NCBI GenBank assembly: GCA_030064935.1
Contig: JASJEA010000003.1
Location: 12,013 to 44,012 of the forward strand
Origin: Crocosphaera sp.
GTDB taxonomy: Bacteria > Cyanobacteriota > Cyanobacteriia > Cyanobacteriales > Microcystaceae
Length of the DNA: 32,000 bases
Direction: 5' to 3'
The position numbers and the translations under genes were made by a program. Below the pieces are notes generated by a model that worked only from the letters and a program-made list of their open reading frames with translations, had not been told where the DNA came from and did no database searches. Of the stretch, positions 8,610 to 17,614 are shown piece after piece. Positions within the stretch are counted from its first letter, which is position 1, and each line of letters starts with the position of its first letter.

Positions 8610-10246
8610 ATGGCCAACAATGGGGCAGCATTTAACAACTTTTTAGTATAAGAATGTTCGGGAGATTGAAATATATTTTCAGTTTCATTAATCTCTACTA
8701 TTTTTCCTTGATTCATTACGGCAATACGATGACAGAAGAAACGCGCTACCCAAAGATCGTGAGTAATAAATAAATAGGTTAAATCAAAGTCATCTTTTAA
8801 CTCTGACATTAACTCTAAAACTTGTGCTTGTACACTGGCATCTAACATACTAACGGGTTCATCACAAATGACTAATTTAGGTTTAGTAATTAATGCCCTC
8901 GCAATGGCAACTCGTTGTTGTTGTCCCCCTGATAACGCTTTTGGATAACGATTATAATAGTCTTCAACAGGGGTCAATTTTACTCTTTCTAGCATTCCAA
9001 ATACTTCTTTTTTTGCTGATTCTCCCGTTACCAACTGATGAATAAATAAGGGATCAGCTATATTTTGTCCCACAGTCATTAAGGGGTTCAAACAAGCGTG
9101 AGGATCTTGAAAAATCATCTGTAGTTGACGACGTTTTAAGCGCATTTCTTTTTCAGTAAGTTGCGTTAAATCTTCTCCTAAAAAATTGATAGTTCCTGAT
9201 GTAGCTTTTAATAACTGTAAAATGGTTCGGGATAGGGTACTCTTTCCACAACCAGACTCACCCACTAATCCTAAAATTTCTCCTGAATGTAACTCAAAAC
9301 TGACATCATCTACCGCTTTAATAACTTCCGTTTCTTTAGAAAAAAATTGCTGTATAAAATTACCTTCTAAGGTAAAATATTGTTTTAAATTGCTGACATT
9401 CAATATGGGTTGTGTATTAGACTTCTTTGCTTCCCAAGTATCTGTATTGATGGTTTCTTCTTCTTCTTGAACGTGCAATGCAGCTTTTAATAAAGACTTG
9501 GTATATTCATGTTGGGGATGATGCAAAATATCACCCATTTTGCCCATTTCTACAATTTTACCTGTATTCATAACGGCCAAGCGATCGCAATATTCTCCAA
9601 CCATTGCTAAGTCATGGGAAATTAATAATAAACCCATCTCTTCTTGTTCACATAGACGGGTTAATTCTTGCAAAATTTCCGCAGCAACTGTAACATCTAA
9701 AGCAGTAGTTGGTTCGTCTGCAATAATCATTTTTGGGTTTAATAATAATGCTAAGGCCATAGCTACCCGTTGTCGCATTCCACCACTAAACTCATGGGGA
9801 TATTGTCCCCAACGGTTGGGAGGGATTTTAACTTTATCTAAGGTTTGAACTGCAACATTTTTCGCTTCTTTATGGGATAATTGTGGACGATGGGCTTGCA
9901 GGGTTTCTAAACAATGATCCCCAATAGTCATTAACGGATCTAGACGAGTCATAGGATCTTGAAACACTAACCCTACTACTTCCCCACGAAACTTCCTTAA
10001 AGATTCGGAGTTTAAACTGAAAATAGAATCACCCTGAAAGTGGATTTTTCCTTCTATTTGTGTTAGCTTTGGCAATAATCCGAGAACAGCACGACCGATT
10101 GTGGACTTACCACAACCAGACTCTCCTACTAAACCTAGTTTTTCCCCCTTATCTAAAGTAAAAGAAACTTCATCTACTGCCCAGGTTGTACCATGAGGGT
10201 ATTGTATGCGCAACCTGTCAACACAAAATAAGGGTTGTCCGTTCAT
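8606..10246 (-). CDS. ABC transporter ATP-binding protein with two fused ATPase domains (DppD/DppF-, YejF/GsiA-like)
   Basis: Two complete sets of motifs are present. Walker A: GESGCGKST twice. Signature: FSGGMRQRV and LSGGQQQRV. Walker B: [11 protein letters not shown] and [11 protein letters not shown]. There is no adjacent permease or binding-protein gene. Its stop overlaps the stop of the convergent MscS-like gene by 4 nt. Confidence 0.9.
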   Translation of the reverse strand: MNGQPLFCVDRLRIQYPHGTTWAVDEVSFTLDKGEKLGLVGESGCGKSTIGRAVLGLLPKLTQIEGKIHFQGDSIFSLNSESLRKFRGEVVGLVFQDPMTRLDPLMTIGDHCLETLQAHRPQLSHKEAKNVAVQTLDKVKIPPNRWGQYPHEFSGGMRQRVAMALALLLNPKMIIADEPTTALDVTVAAEILQELTRLCEQEEMGLLLISHDLAMVGEYCDRLAVMNTGKIVEMGKMGDILHHPQHEYTKSLLKAALHVQEEEETINTDTWEAKKSNTQPILNVSNLKQYFTLEGNFIQQFFSKETEVIKAVDDVSFELHSGEILGLVGESGCGKSTLSRTILQLLKATSGTINFLGEDLTQLTEKEMRLKRRQLQMIFQDPHACLNPLMTVGQNIADPLFIHQLVTGESAKKEVFGMLERVKLTPVEDYYNRYPKALSGGQQQRVAIARALITKPKLVICDEPVSMLDASVQAQVLELMSELKDDFDLTYLFITHDLWVARFFCHRIAVMNQGKIVEINETENIFQSPEHSYTKKLLNAAPLLAI

Positions 10247-10454
10247 TTGTTAAATTTTTTATAGCTATATCAATGATTGCTAGTCTAACATTAGACAGCT
10301 AATTAAATATGACCTAAAAAGAAATGAAAGGAATACCATGTATTAGATATTTACGACAGAAATCTATAATTTCTTCTTCATGTTTAAGCTTACTTACCCT
10401 CTCTAAAAATCTTTCTAACTCTTCCATCCCAAAAACTCACGTCATTTCGCTTAA

Positions 10455-10499
10455 ATGATACATCAGCCCCAGTTAAGTTAACTAGGGCTGATGTATCAT
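10455..10499. repeat. 45-bp near-perfect palindrome (long stem-loop)
   Basis: atgatacatcagccc (10455-10469) is the exact reverse complement of gggctgatgtatcat (10485-10499). The intervening 15 nt (cagttaagttaacta) is itself palindromic (agttaa/ttaact). No T-run follows on either strand. Confidence 0.7.
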
Positions 10500-10618
10500 A
10501 GGGTTTAATAATGGCTATTTATAGTTAGGGTCTTTATATCGGCTGACCCCATTTGAAACTGTCTACATAATTGCTTAAGTTTTACCAAAAGTTACATTTC
10601 TTAATTATTTCTTTATAT

Positions 10619-11176
10619 TTAGTTTTTCATCTTTTTATGGCGTTTTATGAACTTATGTTTCGAGGACATCAAAGAAACCCCCAATTTTTGGGATATCCAG
10701 ACTTCTAGATTGTGGATAGGATAGGAACGAGCGGCAACGGCGGGATCAACCATAGGCTCAACAAGGATAGTAAACATTCCCATTCGGTTCCCTGCCAAAA
10801 CATCCGTAAAAAGGCGATCGCCCACCATAGCCACTTGAGGAATGGGAAGCTTCATCGCACGAATAGCCTTGCGTAGTTTGCGTCGAGAGGGTTTACCTGC
10901 ACCAAACAGATAGGGTAAATCTAAAGAATTAGCAATGCGGCCAATACGGTTTTCGCTAAGATTGTTACTCACTAACCAAATGGGGGTTTGTTGTCGAATA
11001 GGGTTGATCCATTGTCGTAAATCTTCAGTAACATGGGCTTTTTTCAGAGGAACTAGAGTTTCATCTACATCTAAGACCAATCCCTTGATATGATAGTATT
11101 CAAGAATTTCTGGGCTTAAACCAAGAATTGTATCCCCTAAAATTAGATCAGGCTGTAAGAGTTTTGCCTTGGACAT
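10619..11176 (-). CDS. YqeG-family HAD-IIIA phosphatase
   Basis: 185 aa. HAD motif I is VLDVDETLV. Also present are WLVSNN and VAMVGDRLFTDVLAGNRMGMFTILVEP (motifs III/IV), typical of the YqeG subfamily. Confidence 0.8.
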   Translation of the reverse strand: MSKAKLLQPDLILGDTILGLSPEILEYYHIKGLVLDVDETLVPLKKAHVTEDLRQWINPIRQQTPIWLVSNNLSENRIGRIANSLDLPYLFGAGKPSRRKLRKAIRAMKLPIPQVAMVGDRLFTDVLAGNRMGMFTILVEPMVDPAVAARSYPIHNLEVWISQKLGVSLMSSKHKFIKRHKKMKN

Positions 11177-11371
11177 ATACTGTATTAATTAATCAAAATT
11201 ATCCATTATCGCTCCCTTCCATTCTAGTTGATGATGAGTCCTTCTCGTTTTTTACATTAATTTACCAAAATTTATCTATCTTTATTTTTAATAACAAAAG
11301 TACATTTTGCCGTCATAAAAATATACAAAAAAAAGTGGATCATTACCAATGAATGTAAATATACTTATTAA

Positions 11372-11400
11372 ATAACAAGACAAGTAGTTATTGCTACAAT
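11372..11400 (+). promoter_or_regulatory. Candidate sigma-70-type promoter of psbA
   Basis: -10 TACAAT (11395-11400) with a weak -35 ATAACA (11372-11377) and a 17-nt spacer. This would give a 5' UTR of about 35 nt before the ATG at 11442. The call rests on a pattern match only. Confidence 0.3.
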
Positions 11401-11441
11401 TTGTCTGTCAATTATTGTTGTGATTTCGTTATTATTTACCT

Positions 11442-12503
11442 ATGACAACCACCATACAAAGCCAAAATCTTTCCCTCTGGGAGCGGTTTTGTCAGTGGAT
11501 AACTAGCACTAATAACCGCTTATATATTGGCTGGTTTGGCGTGATTCTTATCCCGACTTTATTAACCGCTACCATCTGCTTTATCATCGCCTTTATCGCT
11601 GCCCCTCCCGTTGACATCGATGGCATTCGTGAACCTGTTGCTGGCTCCCTGCTCTATGGAAACAATATTGTTTCCGGTGCAGTGGTCCCTTCGTCCAATG
11701 CTATTGGGTTACACTTTTATCCTATCTGGGAAGCAGCATCCCTAGATGAATGGTTGTACAACGGCGGTCCTTATCAGTTAGTCATTTTCCATTTTCTCAT
11801 TGGTATTTTCTGCTGGATGGGAAGACAATGGGAACTGTCCTATCGTTTAGGAATGCGCCCCTGGATATGTGTTGCTTATAGCGCACCTGTGTCTGCCGCT
11901 ACTGCTGTATTCTTAATCTATCCCATTGGACAAGGTTCCTTCTCTGATGGGATGCCTTTAGGTATCAGTGGAACCTTTAACTTCATGTTTGTGTTCCAGG
12001 CAGAACATAACATTCTTATGCACCCCTTCCATATGTTGGGTGTTGCTGGTGTCTTCGGTGGTGCCTTATTCTCTGCCATGCACGGAAGTTTAGTCACCTC
12101 TAGTTTAGTTCGTGAAACAACGGAAACTGAGTCCCAAAACTACGGTTATAAGTTTGGACAAGAAGAAGAAACCTATAACATTGTGGCTGCTCATGGTTAC
12201 TTTGGTCGTTTAATCTTCCAGTATGCCTCCTTTAACAATAGTCGTGCCTTACACTTCTTCTTAGGAGCATGGCCAGTTATTGGTATTTGGTTTACTGCTA
12301 TGGGAGTCTCCACCATGGCCTTTAATCTCAATGGATTTAACTTCAATCAATCTGTGTTAGATTCACAAGGTCGTGTCATTGGCACTTGGGCAGATGTTCT
12401 CAACCGTGCTGGTATTGGTATGGAAGTGATGCACGAGCGCAATGCTCATAACTTCCCCTTAGACTTAGCCAGTGGGGAACAAACCTTGATGGCTCGCAAA
12501 TAA
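11442..12503 (+). CDS. psbA: Photosystem II reaction-centre protein D1
   Basis: 353 aa, near-identical to canonical cyanobacterial D1 along its length. Canonical residues D170, E189, H190, H198, H215, S264, H272, H332, E333, H337, D342 and A344 are all present. Gln at canonical position 130 is the low-light D1:1 type. Confidence 0.97.
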   Translation: MTTTIQSQNLSLWERFCQWITSTNNRLYIGWFGVILIPTLLTATICFIIAFIAAPPVDIDGIREPVAGSLLYGNNIVSGAVVPSSNAIGLHFYPIWEAASLDEWLYNGGPYQLVIFHFLIGIFCWMGRQWELSYRLGMRPWICVAYSAPVSAATAVFLIYPIGQGSFSDGMPLGISGTFNFMFVFQAEHNILMHPFHMLGVAGVFGGALFSAMHGSLVTSSLVRETTETESQNYGYKFGQEEETYNIVAAHGYFGRLIFQYASFNNSRALHFFLGAWPVIGIWFTAMGVSTMAFNLNGFNFNQSVLDSQGRVIGTWADVLNRAGIGMEVMHERNAHNFPLDLASGEQTLMARK

Positions 12504-12531
12504 GCCTAAAGAATTGAAACTCCTTATCCAA

Positions 12532-12567
12532 TTAAACCCCATCTAAAAGTAGATGGGGTTTAATTTT
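12532..12567 (+). terminator. Rho-independent terminator of psbA
   Basis: A perfect 14-bp stem ttaaaccccatcta / tagatggggtttaa with loop aaag, followed directly by tttt. It starts 29 nt after the psbA stop codon. Confidence 0.8.
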
Positions 12568-12692
12568 GTAATACTATAGCAGTACAAAGAAAGATTAGGA
12601 TCTTATGGTAAGGTGGGCATTGCACACCCTACAAGGTTTTGCAATTTCATAAACGTCCTAACCATAATGCGTAGTGCTATAGCTCGGTTTTG

Positions 12693-12730
12693 CTACCCCT
12701 CTACCCCTCTGCTCTGCCCCTCTGCTCCTC
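12693..12730. repeat. C-rich short tandem repeat tract (G-rich on the minus strand)
   Basis: ctacccct ctacccct ctgctctgcccctctgctcctc. The tract has three CCCCTCT units and repeated CTCTGC, and lies between psbA and the next gene. Confidence 0.6.
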
Positions 12731-12791
12731 AACTCCCTGTTAAAATGTAACAATCATAGCCCGTTTAAATAAACAATTCCTGGGGGATAAG

Positions 12792-13478
12792 ATGCGGTTG
12801 ATTTTAGTCTTTTTGATGTTGATAGCAAGCATCATTGTTTTGGTGCAAAATCAGCAAGCGATCGCTATTTACTTTTTGGGAACAGATACACAAACCGCTT
12901 TGTTTTCTCTAAAACTTCCCCTAGGACTTTGGGTAATACTCTTCACATTAGGAGGAATCCTAACCAGTCTCTTGATGCAAGGATTAACTCAGTTCCCTCG
13001 TCAAGCTGCACCCAAGCAAACAGGGAAATCACGTCCTCGTCCTCAAGATCCCCCCGAAACTCCTTATCAAAGACCTAAATCCAACACATCAGACTGGGAA
13101 AATCCTTTACCTCAAGAATGGGAAGATGTCCCCCCAGAGGATGATGATGATGAATGGGATATTGAAGAACCTCCTATCGAAAAAACAATCCCTCGTAAAC
13201 CCTCTAGGGTTAAAGAAACGAAATCAGAGTTTGAAGTGCAGCAACCATCCCCCACAAAGGCATCTCAAGAAGGAACCGTTTATTCTTATACCTATCGAGA
13301 GTTGAGTGATCGTATCTCTGCCACTCCCCCTCAAGATCCCCCTAAGGTTGAAAAAGAAACTTCATCTTCATCTCCTAATCCCAATAAAAAGGTTTATGAT
13401 GCAGATTATCGGGTTATCACGCCACCCTATCAACCACCACAAGAGTCCGAAGATGAGGATGATGAGAGTTGGATTTAA
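12792..13478 (+). CDS. LapA/DUF1049-domain membrane protein with Pro- and acid-rich C-terminal tail
   Basis: The N-terminal two-helix module is MRLILVFLMLIASIIVLVQNQQAIAIYFLG...LPLGLWVILFTLGGILTSLL. It is followed by a low-complexity P/E/D-rich region. GGGGGA lies just upstream of the ATG. Confidence 0.7.
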   Translation: MRLILVFLMLIASIIVLVQNQQAIAIYFLGTDTQTALFSLKLPLGLWVILFTLGGILTSLLMQGLTQFPRQAAPKQTGKSRPRPQDPPETPYQRPKSNTSDWENPLPQEWEDVPPEDDDDEWDIEEPPIEKTIPRKPSRVKETKSEFEVQQPSPTKASQEGTVYSYTYRELSDRISATPPQDPPKVEKETSSSSPNPNKKVYDADYRVITPPYQPPQESEDEDDESWI

Positions 13479-13577
13479 AAAACTTAAATTTTTAATAAAA
13501 ATAGTTACCATTAATTAAATTGTTTATAGCATAGATAAATAATTTAGTGATCCCTTATATATATCAAAAGGTGTTCT

Positions 13578-15461
13578 ATGAAATTCAACTGGTACCTATC
13601 CACAATTTTAGCAGGAATTATTTATCCCACATTAGCTTTATCTCAAAACCTGTCTTATCAGCAGGGTTCAACATTAAAAAACAATCTCAACCCTGAAAAT
13701 AATGCCTTATTCCTATCTAATAGTATTGCTGAAGAAGAAAATAATTTTTCGTCTGACTTGAATATTTCCCAAACTCAACAGGAAAACCCTGAACCTAAAA
13801 AATTAGAAACAACCCCCACAGATACCACAGAAGCCTCTAACTCAGAAGCAACTGAAACAACGCCCAGAGAAAATTCTAACAGTTGTCAAACAGCCCCTCC
13901 CAAAGTTCAACATCCCTTTATACCCCCTGTAGCAATCACCGAAAATGAGACAGAAACCTCTGAAGAGAATGCTGCTGCATTATCTTTAGAAAAACCTGAA
14001 TCTTCAGAAATTGAAGAGAATCAAAACACAGCAGAAAAAGAAGAAGAATTTACAGTTTCTCAAGCAGAAATTGATAATTATCCCATCTTAGCTAAAGCCG
14101 ATTATTTTTATCGATGTGGTGATACTTTGTTAGCAGAAAGATTTTATCGAGAGGTTAAAGAACCCTTTGGAAATGAAGAAGAATTAAACAGAGAACTTTT
14201 AGCACAAGCTGTTTATGAGCCCCAATACTTATTACCAGGAGGTGCAGTTTACTGGAGACTTTATCAAGAAAGTTTAAAGGAAAGTGAAGTTTATGAAAGT
14301 AAACGAATTGCCCCCCTAAAATTGTTATCTCAAGACTACCCCGAATTTATTCCAGGACATATTAAATATGCCGAAATTTTGAAAGAAGATGAGCGTCATG
14401 AAGAAGCCCGAAAGGTTTTAGAAAATGCGGTGAACTTATATCCGAACGAAGCTCCAATAGTAAAAGCGAAAATAGAAGCAGATGAACAAGCAGAAAATTG
14501 GTTAGCCGCCTCCTTAACCGCTCGTCAATTCGCTGTCTTTAATCGGGAGCATTTTTTACACGATGAATTTAAACAATTAGCCGATATCAACTTAGAAAGA
14601 TACCAAAGTGATCTCGAAGCACAAATGACCTGGAATATGGTAGGGAATGCCATTATGGGAGGCGTAGGCGCAGCATTAATGGGTAACGTTTTTGCCCCTC
14701 TTTCCACCCTGCAAACCAGCTATCTTTTGCTACAAGGAGAATCAGCCATTGGGGCAAATTACGCCGAAGGATTTAAAAACCGTCTCACCTTAATTGAAGA
14801 TCCCGAAGTAACAGAATACATCAATGAAATAGGACAAAAATTAGCCAAAGTAGCCGGGAGAGATGAATTTGAATATGAGTTTTATGTAGTTATGGACGAG
14901 AATATCAACGCCTTTGCCCTGCCCGGAGGGAAAATATTTATCAATGCCGGAGCGATCGCCAGAACCGCCTCAGAAGCAGAAATTGCAGGGTTATTAGCCC
15001 ATGAATTAGCCCATTCAGTGCTTTCTCATGGTTTCCAACAGATGACTCAAGGGGCCTTAACTAGCAGTGTTGTCGATTACATCCCCTACGTCGGAGGAAT
15101 CGCCAGTAACCTAGCTATCTTAAGCTACAGTCGTGGCATGGAAGAACAAGCAGACGTTTTCGGAACTAGATTACTAGCCGCCACAGGTTACGCCGCAGAC
15201 GGAGTTCGTAACCTCATGGTAGTGATAGATGATGAACACCAAAACCGTCCCCCTGCCTGGTTATCCACTCACCCCGATACCAGCGATCGGGTAAAATATA
15301 TTGAAGCCGAAATTGTCCGCAACAACTTTAACCGCTTTGCGTATGAAGGAGTAGAAAGGCATCAAGAAATTCGGAAAAAAGTGCTTGACCTCTTAGCAGC
15401 CCATGAAGCAGAAGAAAAAGGGGAAAAAACCGAAGAAAAGCCAGAAAAAGAGCAAAGCTAA
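13578..15461 (+). CDS. Secreted M48-family zinc metallopeptidase with TPR-like middle region
   Basis: Signal peptide MKFNWYLSTILAGIIYPTLALSQ. The HExxH site is LLAHELAHSVLSHG with a downstream EEQAD, and NAFALPGGKIFIN is typical of M48. The N-terminal third is low-complexity and E/T-rich. Confidence 0.85.
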   Translation: MKFNWYLSTILAGIIYPTLALSQNLSYQQGSTLKNNLNPENNALFLSNSIAEEENNFSSDLNISQTQQENPEPKKLETTPTDTTEASNSEATETTPRENSNSCQTAPPKVQHPFIPPVAITENETETSEENAAALSLEKPESSEIEENQNTAEKEEEFTVSQAEIDNYPILAKADYFYRCGDTLLAERFYREVKEPFGNEEELNRELLAQAVYEPQYLLPGGAVYWRLYQESLKESEVYESKRIAPLKLLSQDYPEFIPGHIKYAEILKEDERHEEARKVLENAVNLYPNEAPIVKAKIEADEQAENWLAASLTARQFAVFNREHFLHDEFKQLADINLERYQSDLEAQMTWNMVGNAIMGGVGAALMGNVFAPLSTLQTSYLLLQGESAIGANYAEGFKNRLTLIEDPEVTEYINEIGQKLAKVAGRDEFEYEFYVVMDENINAFALPGGKIFINAGAIARTASEAEIAGLLAHELAHSVLSHGFQQMTQGALTSSVVDYIPYVGGIASNLAILSYSRGMEEQADVFGTRLLAATGYAADGVRNLMVVIDDEHQNRPPAWLSTHPDTSDRVKYIEAEIVRNNFNRFAYEGVERHQEIRKKVLDLLAAHEAEEKGEKTEEKPEKEQS

Positions 15462-15602
15462 TCAATTGAGGAGTCTGAGAAATTTGGGGAGATAGACTTA
15501 ACTTCTCCCTGTAATCAATTAAATTGGCGATCGCCAGCTAGAGTGTTCCCTCTCTCGAACTGACTTTGTGATTGACGGCTTAATTGTTTTTCCTTCTCTG
15601 CT

Positions 15603-15728
15603 CCCGATGTCATACCAAATCCGCTTTAGAAAGTAGATAATCATATTAACAAGGCAGGGGAAGCAGGGGAAGCAGGGGGAGAAATAATATTAGTCTACGA
15701 TAATGAGCGGATCTGGTATCAGATGAGG
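15603..15728. repeat. MITE-like element bounded by imperfect ~22-bp inverted repeats
   Basis: The left arm cccgatgtcataccaaatccgct (15603-15625) matches the reverse complement of the right arm agcggatctggtatcagatgagg (15706-15728) at about 17 of 24 positions by eye. The interior carries the tandem 9-mers listed next. Confidence 0.45.
15654..15681 (+). repeat. Three tandem copies of a G-rich 9-mer
   Basis: gcaggggaa gcaggggaa gcaggggga read directly from the sequence. Confidence 0.85.
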
Positions 15729-15927
15729 AACTTCCCCTAAAGCAAATCAGTCTATCCAGTTTGGATGTCTAGATGAAGCATATTTTTGCACAAGATAAAC
15801 CCTACCGATTTCAAGAAAATCTGATAAGGTTGGGGAAGTTATTCTAAACTTGTTGAAAGGGGTTTCTCCAACTCCATGATATAGATTCAGTTATACATAT
15901 CATTAACAAATTGTGAGGTTAGTTTTT

Positions 15928-16674
15928 ATGAAATCATTAATCCGTTGGGGTGCGACTTTAGGCTTATTAGGAAGTACAGTTCTAACCTCTTGGTTCGGTC
16001 AAATACCTAAAGCTCTAGCATTGCCTCAAGAAGATGTTATACAACTTCTACAAGGTATCCCCGTTTTTACAATCATGACAGATGAAGGCAGTCTGTTAAT
16101 TCGTACCCTAGAAGACAATCAGAACGTAACACGAGTTTTTATTAGTCAGCAGGATGCCAATACATTTCTAACAAATCTCAAAGCCAATCAACCGGATATT
16201 GGCAATAAAGTCAGGGTACAGCCTCTCCCCCTAGGGGAAGTGTATCGTTTCGCTTTGGCCAACAACACAGAGACTCAATCCCTTAAGTTTGCTTATATTC
16301 CTATGCAAAGTGCTGTAGAATCGGCTAAACAGGTGTTGAGTAATAATGGAGAAGAATATCAAGGAGGAGTTCCCTTATTCATATTGCAAGGAGGTCCTGA
16401 AAATAATTTCTTAACCATTCAACAAGATGATCAAGAAGTGATTCCTTTCTTTTTTGAAAAAGCTCACATTGAAAAGTTGGTTGAACAAATCAAGGAAAAT
16501 CAGCCTGAAATTGCTTCTACGATGAAAATTAAAGTCGTTCCCTTAGAAAATATCATCGGCTTACTGCATACACAAGACGATGAGATGCTCAAACAAATAC
16601 AGTTAATTCCTTCCCAAGAAACCCTTAAATTTATTCAAGAAGCCATTAAATCTCAGCAAAATCAAGGTCAATAA
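15928..16674 (+). CDS. Tic22-like periplasmic/thylakoid-lumen chaperone family protein (paralogue 1)
   Basis: Signal peptide MKSLIRWGATLGLLGSTVL...ALALP. Tic22-like motifs are present: GIPVFTI, PLPLGEVY, FAYIP, VPLFILQ, IPFFFEK. I prefer the ATG at 15928 over the GTG at 15913. Confidence 0.75.
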   Translation: MKSLIRWGATLGLLGSTVLTSWFGQIPKALALPQEDVIQLLQGIPVFTIMTDEGSLLIRTLEDNQNVTRVFISQQDANTFLTNLKANQPDIGNKVRVQPLPLGEVYRFALANNTETQSLKFAYIPMQSAVESAKQVLSNNGEEYQGGVPLFILQGGPENNFLTIQQDDQEVIPFFFEKAHIEKLVEQIKENQPEIASTMKIKVVPLENIIGLLHTQDDEMLKQIQLIPSQETLKFIQEAIKSQQNQGQ

Positions 16675-16759
16675 GCCCTTTATCCCATAAATTTAAACCC
16701 CAATATCCGTAGGAATCCCTATAGGATAAGTGCGAGAGTAGTTTATGTCCCCAGACGTT

Positions 16760-16837
16760 GACAGAAAAAAAGGGTTTCAAGCCTCCAACTTAAGGGAGCG
16801 GTAACTCTAAATTCGCACATTCTAAATTCTGATTGAC
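16760..16837. repeat. Copy A of a small dispersed intergenic repeat (second copy at 30567-30726)
   Basis: gacagaaaaaaagggtttcaagcctccaacttaag ... taaattctgattgac. It shares gaaaaaaagggt, caagcctcc, gtttcaagcctccaNcttaag and taaattctgattNac with the region upstream of rubA. Confidence 0.65.
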
Positions 16838-16882
16838 TTTTGGGGATTTTAGCCATTTGTTATAGTGTTTGCAAAAAAGGCC

Positions 16883-17614
16883 ATGAATAGTTTACTTCGT
16901 TGGAGTTTGACCCTAGGACTTATTATCAACCCTGTGACCAACCTAATTCTAATGCCAGTTGCCCCAGTATTGGCTTTACCTGAAGCTGATATTGTTAAGT
17001 TTTTAGGAGGAATTCCGGTCTATAGTATTCTCAATCAAGAAGGTTCTCCAATTGGACAACAAGTGGAAAATGGGAGTGTGGTAACTCCTGTGTTTATGAG
17101 TCGCACAGAGGCTAAGAATTTTTTAGACCGTTTACAAGAACAAGATCGTCAAGCGGCAAGGTCCTATAGTGTTAGGATGCTTCCTTTGAGTCGTATTTAC
17201 GAAATTGCTAGAGGAACCTCAAATAGCTCAACTCGCTTATTTCTTGAGTTTATTCCCAGTGCTAAAGAGTTACAGGCGGCCCGTGAACTAACGAGAGAAA
17301 ATGGTCAAAAATACCCAGGCAATGTTCCTTTATACATCGCTAAATTGGAATCTGATCAGTCTTACTTAACTATTAAACAAGATGAGGAAGACGTAGTTCC
17401 CCTCTTTTTTGAAAAAGCAACCGTCCAAAAATGGGTGGAAGTTGTTAGCAAAGCCCAACCCAATCTCGCTCCTAATATTAACATTCAGGTCATTTCTCTG
17501 AGTGGTTTAATTGCTAATTTGGAGAGGAATGATAATCCTTTATTAAGAAGTTTGCGGTTTTGGCCATCTCAGGAAATGCTAGAAATTATTCGTTCTAACT
17601 CTCAAGATCAATGA
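16883..17614 (+). CDS. Tic22-like family protein (paralogue 2)
   Basis: It is colinear with the upstream paralogue: MNSLLRWSLTLGL, ALPEADIVKFLGGIPVYSI, MLPLSRIY, EFIP, VPLYIAK, VPLFFEK, WPSQEMLEII. I prefer the ATG at 16883. Its stop overlaps the prmC start (ATGA). Confidence 0.75.
   Translation: MNSLLRWSLTLGLIINPVTNLILMPVAPVLALPEADIVKFLGGIPVYSILNQEGSPIGQQVENGSVVTPVFMSRTEAKNFLDRLQEQDRQAARSYSVRMLPLSRIYEIARGTSNSSTRLFLEFIPSAKELQAARELTRENGQKYPGNVPLYIAKLESDQSYLTIKQDEEDVVPLFFEKATVQKWVEVVSKAQPNLAPNINIQVISLSGLIANLERNDNPLLRSLRFWPSQEMLEIIRSNSQDQ

Noticed and set aside
10314-10427. 37-codon minus-strand ORF (MEELERFLERVSKLKHEEEIIDFCRKYLIHGIPFISF) between the palindrome and the ABC ATPase gene.
   Set aside because: It has no convincing ribosome-binding site and no family I recognise, and it is short enough to arise by chance in AT-rich DNA. 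It is worth a look only if ribosome profiling or conservation supports it.
11442-12503. psbA as a 'rogue/sentinel' D1 or ChlF-type paralogue.
   Set aside because: All Mn4CaO5 ligands (canonical D170, E189, H332, E333, D342, A344) and the QB-site residues are present. The microaerobic D1' signature positions (G80, F158, T286) are standard, and overall identity to canonical D1 is very high.
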